Assembly: GCA_030649345.1 (NCBI GenBank)
Contig: JAUSKK010000018.1
Coordinates: 1 to 32,000, forward strand
Reading direction: 5' to 3'
DNA length: 32,000 bases
Origin: Candidatus Iainarchaeum sp.
GTDB taxonomy: Archaea; Iainarchaeota; Iainarchaeia; Iainarchaeales; 0-14-0-20-34-12
A program made the translations under genes and the position numbers. The notes beneath the pieces were generated by a model. The model saw nothing but the letters and a program-made list of their open reading frames with translations, searched no databases and had not been told where the DNA came from. Shown piece by piece: positions 17,166 to 25,497 of the stretch (its first letter is position 1; each line of letters starts with the position of its first letter).

Positions 17166-18654
17166 CTTGAAAACCTTCCTTAAACCGATAAATTTTCAGT
17201 GAATGTGGATTTTTAGTTTCATAAACTAAAGATAATTCAGAAGAATGTATTTCAATGAACTCCTTAAGCTTACTGCGTTCATGATCAATTACTGTTTGAC
17301 GAGTTGATGTATTTTTGGAAAGATTTGAATACGTTAAATCTAGGACATATAATTGTCTGCCTTGGGCGTATTCTAAAATATTAAAATCAGAATACGTTGT
17401 GCCTAAATCTGATTTGGGTACAACGTTAAAATATCCTTGATTTCCTAAAAAGTTTTTTAAAAAATAACTGCAGTCATCACTGCTTCCAATTACCCAGGCA
17501 GAATCTGGAATAACTGACTGGATTTGGTTCAATACTGTTTTACGCGAGTCCAAAAAGCGGTCATGAATAAATGAAGCATAAATTATGCCTAAAAAAAGTA
17601 CAAGTAAGACCAGCAAAAAAATTGGTTTTTCCCATTTTATTAAACGAAGTTTTTCCAATAGTTTTGGAAAAAAACCAGCATATGCAATCAGTAAAATTGC
17701 AATCAAGGGAACCAAATAACGTAGGCGGGCTGTAAAAATTGTTTCCAATGAAAAATCAAATGCAACGAATTCAGTAAACATTGCATTGAAGGCAAAATAA
17801 GAAATAGTCAATAAAAAGAATTCGATTTTTAATTCAAATTGTTTTTGCAAATAAGGTGACAAAATCAGCAAAGGAAATACTGCCAAAAGCAGTAGAAAAT
17901 AAATTGGTAAATCAAATAAGAAGTTTGAAATTGAAAAATAGGAAGAAACTTTTGCCAATGTTGTCTCACTTCGGCTTGAAACTTCACCCAAAAGTGCGTT
18001 GTTAAATACAAAAAATAAGATAACTGCAATAAGTCCTCCAATGGCAAAAGGAATTATTTTTTTGTCTTTTTTTAATAAAAGTGCTGCGCAAAAAACGCCC
18101 CAAAATTGAATGGCGTCTTCGCGGATGAAAACAGCCAAACCAAACAAAAAACCGCTAAATAAAGCAAAGAAAAAGCGTTCGCGGGAAAGATAAAAATACA
18201 AGCCGGTCAAAGCTAAGGTGGCCACAAAAAGTTCGGCATTTAAAGTTCTGGATTCCCAAACTAAAGTTGGAAATAAAAGATAAAATATTGAGTATATTGA
18301 ATTAAAGTTTAACTTTTTTAGAATCTGGAAAAAAATGAAAAAATTCAGCAAGTGAATAATTAGCCCATAAAAAAATACCGTACTAAGTCCTCCTCCAATA
18401 AATGGAATCAACGGAAAAGAACGCCCTACTGGATAAACTGAAACAAAGCCTTGCGAAGTTAAAACACTTCGGCAGGCAAAAAAAGGTTCATCTTCCAATA
18501 CACTTATTTGGCCTTGACTCAATAACATTGCATTTCGAAGAGATGCATTTTCATCAATTGAGCCATAAAAAGAAGGAAAAAAGAAAAGATAGATCAAAGA
18601 ATAAACAACAATTGCAAAAATTAAAGTTTTGTTTCCAAAAAGATGCATATACAT
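17155..18654 (-). CDS. GT-C-like polytopic membrane protein (PMT_2/ArnT-like candidate)
   Basis: 499 aa with many TM segments. An acidic DE pair sits in the first predicted external loop (FYGSIDENASLRNA), as in GT-C enzymes. C-terminal soluble domain of roughly 130 aa. Confidence 0.6.
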   Translation of the reverse strand: MYMHLFGNKTLIFAIVVYSLIYLFFFPSFYGSIDENASLRNAMLLSQGQISVLEDEPFFACRSVLTSQGFVSVYPVGRSFPLIPFIGGGLSTVFFYGLIIHLLNFFIFFQILKKLNFNSIYSIFYLLFPTLVWESRTLNAELFVATLALTGLYFYLSRERFFFALFSGFLFGLAVFIREDAIQFWGVFCAALLLKKDKKIIPFAIGGLIAVILFFVFNNALLGEVSSRSETTLAKVSSYFSISNFLFDLPIYFLLLLAVFPLLILSPYLQKQFELKIEFFLLTISYFAFNAMFTEFVAFDFSLETIFTARLRYLVPLIAILLIAYAGFFPKLLEKLRLIKWEKPIFLLVLLVLFLGIIYASFIHDRFLDSRKTVLNQIQSVIPDSAWVIGSSDDCSYFLKNFLGNQGYFNVVPKSDLGTTYSDFNILEYAQGRQLYVLDLTYSNLSKNTSTRQTVIDHERSKLKEFIEIHSSELSLVYETKNPHSLKIYRFKEGFQDEN

Positions 18655-18923
18655 AATGAAACCTAAACCTATAAAAAAGTACGATACTGCGAAGTTGAAA
18701 TTTAGATCTGTTAAGTCAAATTGTTATGGTCTGCAAGTTGGTTGGATTAATTCACTGGTGGCAGGTATTCTTCTTGGTTGTAATGGTTGCAGGCTGAATT
18801 TTAAGATAAAATCCGTAAACTGTTTTGAGTACTTATTTTGCTGGATTGTAGAATAATGCGTAGTTACCATTCAACTGTAGAATTAAGATATTTTTGAATT
18901 ATTTTTTTGATGAACTTTAATTC

Positions 18924-20216
18924 TTATTCTTTTTTTGCCTGTTTAAAATGGTTTATTAAAAATGTCCAATCACTTTTTGCTGGAACAATCTTTAGTTTGA
19001 ATTTCATTTTTTTCACATTCCAATATAAAAATCCAAAGAATAGTGCGTTACTCAGTGCGCTAATTCCCAATATTCCTGCCAATCCGTACATTATTCCGGC
19101 AATGCTTCCTCCGATAAGGGTGAATAATATTGTTATTGTGTATCCTTGTGTAAGCACCTGTACTTGGTTGGTGCTTTTGAATATAATGGTCAAAGGCCTA
19201 AATGCGGTTGTAAGATTAATTAGAATAAAAAATGGAATCAGCACAATGCCTCCTGCAAAGGCTGGGAACAGAACTGTGATCAAAATAGGTCCAAGCAAAC
19301 CCAATGAAATTGAAAATAAAACTGCAACGCCTAAGGAAAGCTTGAGTAAAAATGAAATATAATTTTCCAATACTTTTGTGTCTGTTCCTTTTTCACTTGC
19401 GAATGTTAGCATTACTTCGTTTAATGCATTGAGCGGCATTTCAATGAAATTTGTGCTGATTTTTTCCACCAAGTAATAAAAACCAAGTGAAGTTGTTTGA
19501 ACAAAAATACCGAATAACAAAACATTAATTTGAGTTTGTCCTTTTTTCAAAAAATTGAATTTTATTGAATTTATTAAATATTTTTTTATTTCCTGGGTGT
19601 CAATGGGAATTTCTTGAACTGTTGTCTTCTTGAAATAGGCCCAAGCAGCCCAGGTGAATATCGTAAGTGATCCAATTTTTGCCAGAATAATTCCTAACAG
19701 TCCCAAAGGCCATAGAAATACAAAAGCAATTGCAAGCAATAAATTGATTAAGCTTTCTAAAAAGGAGAGTTTTAGTACCTTGCCGAATTGTTTTAATCCG
19801 CCGAATAATGCCGGAAATAAAAAGGATGCTGGGCTAAGTAAGACTATTCCACTGGCCCACAAAGTTAATTCTACTGAAGCTTTTTCAGTGGCTCCAATGA
19901 ATAACGGGCCCAATACTAAGAATAACAAAAAACTAGCTATGGCCAATGCTATTTGCACTTTGAGCAGGGTTGTAAACACCTTGGTTGATTTCGTTTTTGC
20001 AGTAAACACATTGATGGTTTCAGAAATTGCTTCATTTCCGACTAAAAGTGCAATTAATCCAGCTAAGTTTAAAAGATAGGAGACACTGCCGTATTGTTCT
20101 GGTCCAAAATAATTGGCAATCAAGTAAACATAAATTATTCCAAATAATAAACGTGCAATTTTGCCGGCATAAGAGAAAAAACTACTTTTGATAAAAAGAT
20201 GAAGTGCATTGCTCAT
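18924..20216 (-). CDS. Polysaccharide biosynthesis flippase (MOP superfamily, Wzx-like)
   Basis: 430 aa, about 12 hydrophobic segments, with a Polysacc_synt-like N-terminus (FGIIYVYLIANYFGPEQYGSVSY). ATGA overlap with the upstream GT4 stop. Confidence 0.75.
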   Translation of the reverse strand: MSNALHLFIKSSFFSYAGKIARLLFGIIYVYLIANYFGPEQYGSVSYLLNLAGLIALLVGNEAISETINVFTAKTKSTKVFTTLLKVQIALAIASFLLFLVLGPLFIGATEKASVELTLWASGIVLLSPASFLFPALFGGLKQFGKVLKLSFLESLINLLLAIAFVFLWPLGLLGIILAKIGSLTIFTWAAWAYFKKTTVQEIPIDTQEIKKYLINSIKFNFLKKGQTQINVLLFGIFVQTTSLGFYYLVEKISTNFIEMPLNALNEVMLTFASEKGTDTKVLENYISFLLKLSLGVAVLFSISLGLLGPILITVLFPAFAGGIVLIPFFILINLTTAFRPLTIIFKSTNQVQVLTQGYTITILFTLIGGSIAGIMYGLAGILGISALSNALFFGFLYWNVKKMKFKLKIVPAKSDWTFLINHFKQAKKE

Positions 20217-21301
20217 AAGACTGCCTGTGCATAAATTTCGTTTAATTTTTTGATTTCTTTTTGAATAGAATAATCCGCACTGCGTTCTTTCACTTTGAAT
20301 TGTGCATGGTTTTGTTTTGTAAACTCTGCAATTACTTGACTGCTATTTTTTTGTGTGAAGTCCACTAAAAGTCCGTTTTTTCCATTTTCTAAAATGTCTT
20401 CAAATGCCGAAATTTTATTCAATATTGGAATGCAGCCTGCAGCCATTCCTTCAATTACACTGACTCCAAATCCTTCGTATTCTGAAGCACTCATAAAAAA
20501 TTCAGCTTTTGTGTATATTTCAACAAGCTGTGAATCGTTTATGTTTTCCAAAATTTGAACCGATGTTCCTAAATTAAATTTCCGGATTTGTTGAACTAAG
20601 CTTGTTTTGATTCCATCAAAATCTTTTCCAACAATCCAAAGCTGTGCATTTTTGATTTGTTTTTGCATTTCCGCAAATGTTTGAATTAACAAATCAATCC
20701 GTTTGTTTTTGGAAAAACGGCCTACGAACAAAAAAGTATTCGGCTGTTTTTCTTGTTTTCTGGTTTGAAATTTTTCAATATCCACTGGATTGGGAATTAT
20801 TTTTATTTTTGATTCCGGAACTATTTGTGAAAAGATTTTGAAATCGTTTTCACTGTCTGCAATAATTAAAGACGCTTTTTTTAGCAAAAATTTTTGCAGT
20901 CCAAAAAAATAAATGCGTTTGTGCCATTTTTTGGGGTTGGTGTGAAATATTCCGCCATGCGTGTTTAGGATAATGGGTTTTTTGTGAATGAACCGGGTGA
21001 ATAGTAAAAAATCGGAAAAAAAACTCAAACCATGAATATGCAATAAGTCGTAGGGTTTAATTTCAGAAAGTATTCCAAATGCCGGAAAATAATTTTTTAA
21101 ATTAATGAAAGTCAATCTGCGAATCGCTAGTCCTTGATAGTTTTCTTTAATTGAAATGCATGCATTTTGTTTAGCGCATTTGTTTAAGCAAATTATAGTT
21201 ACTTCGTGTTTTTTTATTAATTCTTTGCTGAGTGTTTCAACCACTTGTTCTATGCCTCCAATACACGGCCAAAAGTGATTGGTTATTTGTGCGATTTTCA
21301 T
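20213..21301 (-). CDS. GT4 (GT-B fold) glycosyltransferase
   Basis: FLFVGRFSKNKR and SEYEGFGVSVIEGMAAGCIPI. Confidence 0.85.
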   Translation of the reverse strand: MKIAQITNHFWPCIGGIEQVVETLSKELIKKHEVTIICLNKCAKQNACISIKENYQGLAIRRLTFINLKNYFPAFGILSEIKPYDLLHIHGLSFFSDFLLFTRFIHKKPIILNTHGGIFHTNPKKWHKRIYFFGLQKFLLKKASLIIADSENDFKIFSQIVPESKIKIIPNPVDIEKFQTRKQEKQPNTFLFVGRFSKNKRIDLLIQTFAEMQKQIKNAQLWIVGKDFDGIKTSLVQQIRKFNLGTSVQILENINDSQLVEIYTKAEFFMSASEYEGFGVSVIEGMAAGCIPILNKISAFEDILENGKNGLLVDFTQKNSSQVIAEFTKQNHAQFKVKERSADYSIQKEIKKLNEIYAQAVL

Positions 21302-21302
21302 T

Positions 21303-22286
21303 TTATCCCTTTCTTGAGTTTTGTACTAAGATTCCTTTTGCCAAACCAGCTAAGAAGGCTATAGTTCGCAGAAATAAAATGCATGGGGCAAGCACTGATA
21401 GTAAAATATTTCTGCGAGCTGCAAATAAAACAAACGGGGTCATGGTTATCAATAAGAAAATGATTGCCCAGATCGCTATAATTGCATAGATTTTTGCAAA
21501 AACAAATAATACTAATGAAATTCCTAGTACAATTGTAAAAATGAGCTGGAGTTTAAGTGTTCCTGGAGTATATGAATCATGCGAAATTTTTTTTGGGTGT
21601 TTTTTGTACAACAATACCCGCCAGTATGCATGTTGAAATTTTTTTTCCAAATATTGAGTTAACGAAGTTGGGTGCTTGTGATAAACAATTGCATTTGGAT
21701 TGAATATTAACTTGAATCCTTTTTCTTGCAAGCGATACGATAAATCCGAATCTTCGCCAGATGCTTTGGAGAATTGTTCATCAAATCCTTTTTCTTGCAA
21801 ATAAATACTTTTCCGATATCCTGCGGAATATGTGCCAATCCAATCCAATTGTTTTGATTTTTTCATTCTTTCATATCTTTCTTCTATTTCAAGTTGTACA
21901 AATTGCGCCATCCATTCTTTCTGATGGGTTTTATAGGCTCCTTGAACTCCTGAAATACTTTGATCTTCAAATGGCTGCAGCATTTCATTTAGCCAATTTT
22001 TTTCAGGAACACAATCAGAATCTGTAAAAATAAGTACTTCTCCTGAAGCTAGTTTAGCTCCAGTGTTTCTGGCCAATGCAGGCCCGGAATTTTTTTGCTG
22101 AATTAGTTTCGTTGTTTTGAATTTGTTTACAATGCCTGTTGTTTGATCTGTGCTGCCATCGTCTACAACAATTACTTCAAATTGTTCTTTTGGAAAGTTT
22201 TGATTTTGCAAAGCCATTAAAGTAGTGTCAATTGTTTTTTCAGCATTGTAGGCAGGAATAATTATGCTGGCTTTGATTCCAGCCAA
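21303..22286 (-). CDS. GT2 glycosyltransferase with a C-terminal membrane tail; apparent TTG start
   Basis: SIIIPAYNAEKTIDTTLMALQNQNFPKEQFEVIVVDDGSTDQT and FTDSDCVPEKNWL, plus C-terminal TM segments. It is a paralog of 16230-17165. The only start upstream of the conserved N-terminus is the TTG at 22286, directly preceded by an in-frame TAA. Confidence 0.8.
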   Translation of the reverse strand: MAGIKASIIIPAYNAEKTIDTTLMALQNQNFPKEQFEVIVVDDGSTDQTTGIVNKFKTTKLIQQKNSGPALARNTGAKLASGEVLIFTDSDCVPEKNWLNEMLQPFEDQSISGVQGAYKTHQKEWMAQFVQLEIEERYERMKKSKQLDWIGTYSAGYRKSIYLQEKGFDEQFSKASGEDSDLSYRLQEKGFKLIFNPNAIVYHKHPTSLTQYLEKKFQHAYWRVLLYKKHPKKISHDSYTPGTLKLQLIFTIVLGISLVLFVFAKIYAIIAIWAIIFLLITMTPFVLFAARRNILLSVLAPCILFLRTIAFLAGLAKGILVQNSRKG

Positions 22287-22418
22287 TTAATTCACCTTTT
22301 CAGCTAAAATAATCATTTCTTCCGAACCGCGGGGCAAACCAAGGTTTTCCCCCCAGTTTGAGGTTCGTCCTAACCCCCTTTCCTGTTTTAAAGGATTTAT
22401 TTTATTTACAGTTTTCAT
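22287..22418 (-). CDS. Hypothetical 43-aa micro-ORF (MKTVNKINPLKQERGLGRTSNWGENLGLPRGSEEMIILAEKVN); it may instead be a recombination scar
   Basis: Hand-translated and below the ORF-track cutoff. Its ATG overlaps the methyltransferase TGA (ATGA at 22418-22415), and its TAA abuts the TTG start of the next gene. The last 10 residues before the final Asn duplicate the methyltransferase C-terminus. Confidence 0.25.
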   Translation of the reverse strand: MKTVNKINPLKQERGLGRTSNWGENLGLPRGSEEMIILAEKVN

Positions 22419-22453
22419 TCTTTGACCTTTTCAGCTAAAATAATCATTTCTTC
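22294..22453. repeat. Perfect 29-nt direct repeat (ACCTTTTCAGCTAAAATAATCATTTCTTC) at 22294-22322 and 22425-22453, flanking a 102-nt GC-rich insert
   Basis: Read directly from the sequence. The copies are 131 nt apart, and one copy forms the 3' end of the 22415-22999 CDS. Confidence 0.95.
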
Positions 22454-22999
22454 TTGCAACGAATTGGGAAGAAAATGATGCATAATTTTCCGAATGGGAA
22501 ACAGCCATTTTTTTTGTGAACCATCGCAGCTTTCTTCAGTGTAAGGCTGGCAGTAAAATTTTTGAATTTTTAATCCGTGTTTTTGCAATAATTCTGTAAG
22601 TTCTTGTTTTGTGAATAACGTAAAATGCAAAGGGGCGTGATAGGATTTAAACATTCGGTTAATTAAGCTGTTGCGGTTGGGTGTAGTGATTATTATTTGT
22701 CCATTTTGTTTCAGAATTCGAGAACATTCTTTTACAAAATTTTCAGGAATATGCAAATGTTCTATTACTTCTCCGGCAACAATGCAGTCAAAAAAATTAT
22801 TTTCAAAAGGAATGTGTTTTTCTGCATCGGCAATTTTGTAGTGTTCATTTTCTTGTTCTTTTTTTAATTCAGTGTCAATTCCATATAACTCTTTTTCTTC
22901 AATTTTGGCGCGAATGCTTTCATTTAATGTTCCAGACAAACAACCTACGTCTAATACTTTGCCTTGGATTGTACTTAAAATAAATTGAACTCGATTCAT
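22415..22999 (-). CDS. Class I SAM-dependent methyltransferase
   Basis: VLDVGCLSGTL (motif I), YGIDT, DCIVAGEVIEHL and LKQNGQIIITTPN. Confidence 0.8.
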   Translation of the reverse strand: MNRVQFILSTIQGKVLDVGCLSGTLNESIRAKIEEKELYGIDTELKKEQENEHYKIADAEKHIPFENNFFDCIVAGEVIEHLHIPENFVKECSRILKQNGQIIITTPNRNSLINRMFKSYHAPLHFTLFTKQELTELLQKHGLKIQKFYCQPYTEESCDGSQKKWLFPIRKIMHHFLPNSLQEEMIILAEKVKE

Positions 23000-23036
23000 A
23001 GTATTACTTTGCCATAAAATAGAAATAAAAACCTAG

Positions 23037-24557
23037 TTATTGTGCTTGGGTTGTACAGCAAGCATCTGTGCCAGCAACTATTTTTTCTTCTGGTAATTTG
23101 GTTCCTTGCAGTAAATATTTGAAGAATACTTTGGCAGACAATGCCAAGCGGGGAATTTCTTTGGGGTGCAATAAACCTTGCTTTATTTTGCTGGCTACAA
23201 AACTGGGTCTTAAATAAAATTCTTTTCTGGCTTGATCGCATAATTCAACCAGTTCTTTGTTGCTTAAACCAGGTCTGGACACAATGGTATTGTGTTGTCC
23301 TTCAGGTGTTAACCATTCATCAAATTTGTGAGTAGTCATATATCCAGCTTCACTAAATTGCCGAAATGCTTCTGTGCCCGGATAAACCATGATGGGAAAA
23401 AATTGTGCTGTGTCTGGATCAATTTCTTTGGCAAACTGAATGGTTTCTTTGATAGTTTCTTTGGTTTCTCCATAATTGCCTAACATAAAACAGCCATGGA
23501 CTAAAATTCCGGTTTGTTTGATGTCTTTCATGAATTTTCGAATTCCTTGGACTGTGGTTCCTTTTTTGACATTGTTTAAAATTTGCTGATTTCCAGATTC
23601 TACTCCAACACATACTTCGCGAGCTCCAGCTTTTTTCATTATTTTCAAAGTATCCAAATCTACGTCTGCGCGTGCATTGGAAGTAAATGTAACATCTAAA
23701 TCTCGGTCAATAATTTCTTGACAAATGTCTCTAGTTCTTTTGCGGTCAGCAGTAAAAGTATCATCTTCTAACATAATGTCTTTTACGTAAGGTAAGTTTT
23801 CTGAAATCCATTGAAATTCGTCTACTACATTTTGTACACTGCGCGCCCTATACTCGTGTCCGTTCATGACTTGAGGAATAAAACAAAAAGTACATCTAAA
23901 CGGACAACCTCTTCCTGTAACCACTGTAATTTCCGGCCATAAAACAGATGGATAAAAATAATCTTTAATATTCAAAAATTTGGCATATACTTGACTGACA
24001 AAAGGAAATTCTTCGTCCAATTCTTTTCCAGTAATTTCTCTTCGAGGCGCATTGTGCACAATTTTGTTTTGTTTTCTGTCTCGGAAAGTTAATCCATTGA
24101 CTTGCTTTAAATCTTTTCCTTGTTCGATAACTTCTGCCAATTCTCGGATGGTGAAATCATATTCTGCTCTGGCAACGGAATCAATTTGTTCACTGATTTG
24201 CATGGTTTGATCTGGGGTTGCAGTAACATGAGATCCTACCAGCGTAGTAAAGCAATCTGGAAATTCTTTTTTAATTTCTTCCAAGACATGGACATCATTG
24301 TATATACTGGCTGTACTGGTATCAATGACTGCAAGTTCTGGCTTGAATTTTTTTACAATTTCCATGGTTTGTTCTAAATTTTGAGAAGCTGCGGGTGCAT
24401 CGTGCAATAAACAAGTATGGCCTGCGTTCATTACTGCGCCCGTAGTATATCCTAAATAAATTGGATAATAAACACAGCCGCCTTTGCTGACTGCAGGACT
24501 TCTGGATTGTCGTGTGTATCGATTTAAAAACGGTGGATTTAATGTTAAAACTCTCAT
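23037..24557 (-). CDS. Cobalamin-binding-domain radical SAM enzyme (class B rSAM; HpnJ/BchE/Fom3-like architecture)
   Basis: N-terminal LNPPF...YYPIYLGY...LLHDAP region followed by a Rossmann-like segment, as in B12-rSAM proteins. The VVTGRGCPFRCTFCFIP CX3CX2C cluster is encoded at 23883-23906 (minus strand). Confidence 0.8.
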   Translation of the reverse strand: MRVLTLNPPFLNRYTRQSRSPAVSKGGCVYYPIYLGYTTGAVMNAGHTCLLHDAPAASQNLEQTMEIVKKFKPELAVIDTSTASIYNDVHVLEEIKKEFPDCFTTLVGSHVTATPDQTMQISEQIDSVARAEYDFTIRELAEVIEQGKDLKQVNGLTFRDRKQNKIVHNAPRREITGKELDEEFPFVSQVYAKFLNIKDYFYPSVLWPEITVVTGRGCPFRCTFCFIPQVMNGHEYRARSVQNVVDEFQWISENLPYVKDIMLEDDTFTADRKRTRDICQEIIDRDLDVTFTSNARADVDLDTLKIMKKAGAREVCVGVESGNQQILNNVKKGTTVQGIRKFMKDIKQTGILVHGCFMLGNYGETKETIKETIQFAKEIDPDTAQFFPIMVYPGTEAFRQFSEAGYMTTHKFDEWLTPEGQHNTIVSRPGLSNKELVELCDQARKEFYLRPSFVASKIKQGLLHPKEIPRLALSAKVFFKYLLQGTKLPEEKIVAGTDACCTTQAQ

Positions 24558-24624
24558 CTCAGTCCCCTTGTATGTATTATACTATATAAAATCGAGTTTA
24601 TTTAAAGCCTATAGTACAAACTTG

Positions 24625-25359
24625 TTATTTTTGCACCTGTTTTTCCCAAACTTTTTGACTGGCTTCCCATAATTCATTGGTAGTGCCTGCATCCATCCAT
24701 GCTTTGGATAATTTACTGGCTTTTAATTGTCCTTTTTCAATATAGTGATTGTGAATGTCAGTAACTTCTAATTCTCCGCGTGCGCTTGGTTTTAAGTTTT
24801 GAATAACTTTGAATACATCCGGGGTATACATATAAACTCCAATTGAAATCCAATGAGTTAATGGTTCTTTGGGTTTTTCTACAACCTTGATTATGGTTTC
24901 TCCATCTAAAATTGCAACTCCGCTTTTTTGTGCTTGTTCTCGGGTTCCTTCATAAATTAAAATTCGAGATAATTCAGTTTCTTTTTCAAATGTTTTAACA
25001 AAAGGCTGAATATTGTCAAATAAAATATTATCTCCATTGATGGATACAAATTTACTGTTTCCTATAAAATTTTCAGCCAAACCAATGGCTTGAGGAATTC
25101 CTCCAGCTTCATCTTGTATTCGGAAAGTAAATTTAACTCCAAAATCTTTTCCACTGCCCAGTAAACTAAAAACATCTCCTGCATGTTCTTTTCCAGTGAT
25201 TACTAAAATTTCAGTTATGCCTGCTTGTTTGAGTGTTTCAATTGGATAAAAAATCATAGGCTTATTGTAGACTGGCAATAAGTGTTTGTTGGTAACCGCT
25301 GTTAACGGACGCAATCTAGAACCTGTTCCACCTGCTAAAATAATTCCTTTAAGTGCCAT
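24625..25359 (-). CDS. rmlA: Sugar-1-phosphate nucleotidylyltransferase, short-form glucose-1-phosphate thymidylyltransferase-like
   Basis: KGIILAGGTGSRLRPLT signature, NKHLLPVYNKPMIFYPI, and a length of 244 aa. It lies in the same locus as rmlB, rmlC and rmlD. I cannot fix the nucleotide specificity from sequence. Confidence 0.7.
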   Translation of the reverse strand: MALKGIILAGGTGSRLRPLTAVTNKHLLPVYNKPMIFYPIETLKQAGITEILVITGKEHAGDVFSLLGSGKDFGVKFTFRIQDEAGGIPQAIGLAENFIGNSKFVSINGDNILFDNIQPFVKTFEKETELSRILIYEGTREQAQKSGVAILDGETIIKVVEKPKEPLTHWISIGVYMYTPDVFKVIQNLKPSARGELEVTDIHNHYIEKGQLKASKLSKAWMDAGTTNELWEASQKVWEKQVQK

Positions 25360-25497
25360 ACTGAATTCCCACTAATGTAATATGAAAGGGAATGATTTTA
25401 ATTTATTGGTATGCTGTTCATGGCCTTGAATATTGGTAACTGCTGTGAAGTATTAATCAAAGATAGCTTTTTATTTGTTCAATCCATTGATTTCAAT

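Noticed and set aside
16240-18856. Short track ORFs 16240-16485, 16658-16855, 17865-18047, 18402-18656 and 18629-18856
   Set aside because: The first four are nested in or antisense to the GT2 and GT-C-like genes. 18629-18856 runs against the operon direction, overlaps the GT-C-like start and has no motifs, although its several Cys residues were noted.
18907-22027. Plus-strand ORFs 18907-19362, 19654-20079, 20355-20558, 21232-21489 and 21761-22027
   Set aside because: They are antisense to the Wzx, GT4 and GT2 genes, and their composition mirrors the sense hydrophobic genes.
22323-22385. GC-rich insert as a possible tRNA or tRNA fragment (contains GGTTCG)
   Set aside because: I could not build a cloverleaf on either strand. 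There is no 5-bp T-stem around a 7-nt T-loop, and no acceptor or anticodon arms. I therefore keep it only as an unexplained structured insert.
22287-24557. RiPP-type cluster (radical SAM + methyltransferase + small peptide)
   Set aside because: It is recorded as an alternative only. The peptide tail is a copy of the methyltransferase C-terminus, which points to a scar. There is no protease, transporter or RiPP recognition element nearby, and the flanks are all sugar genes.
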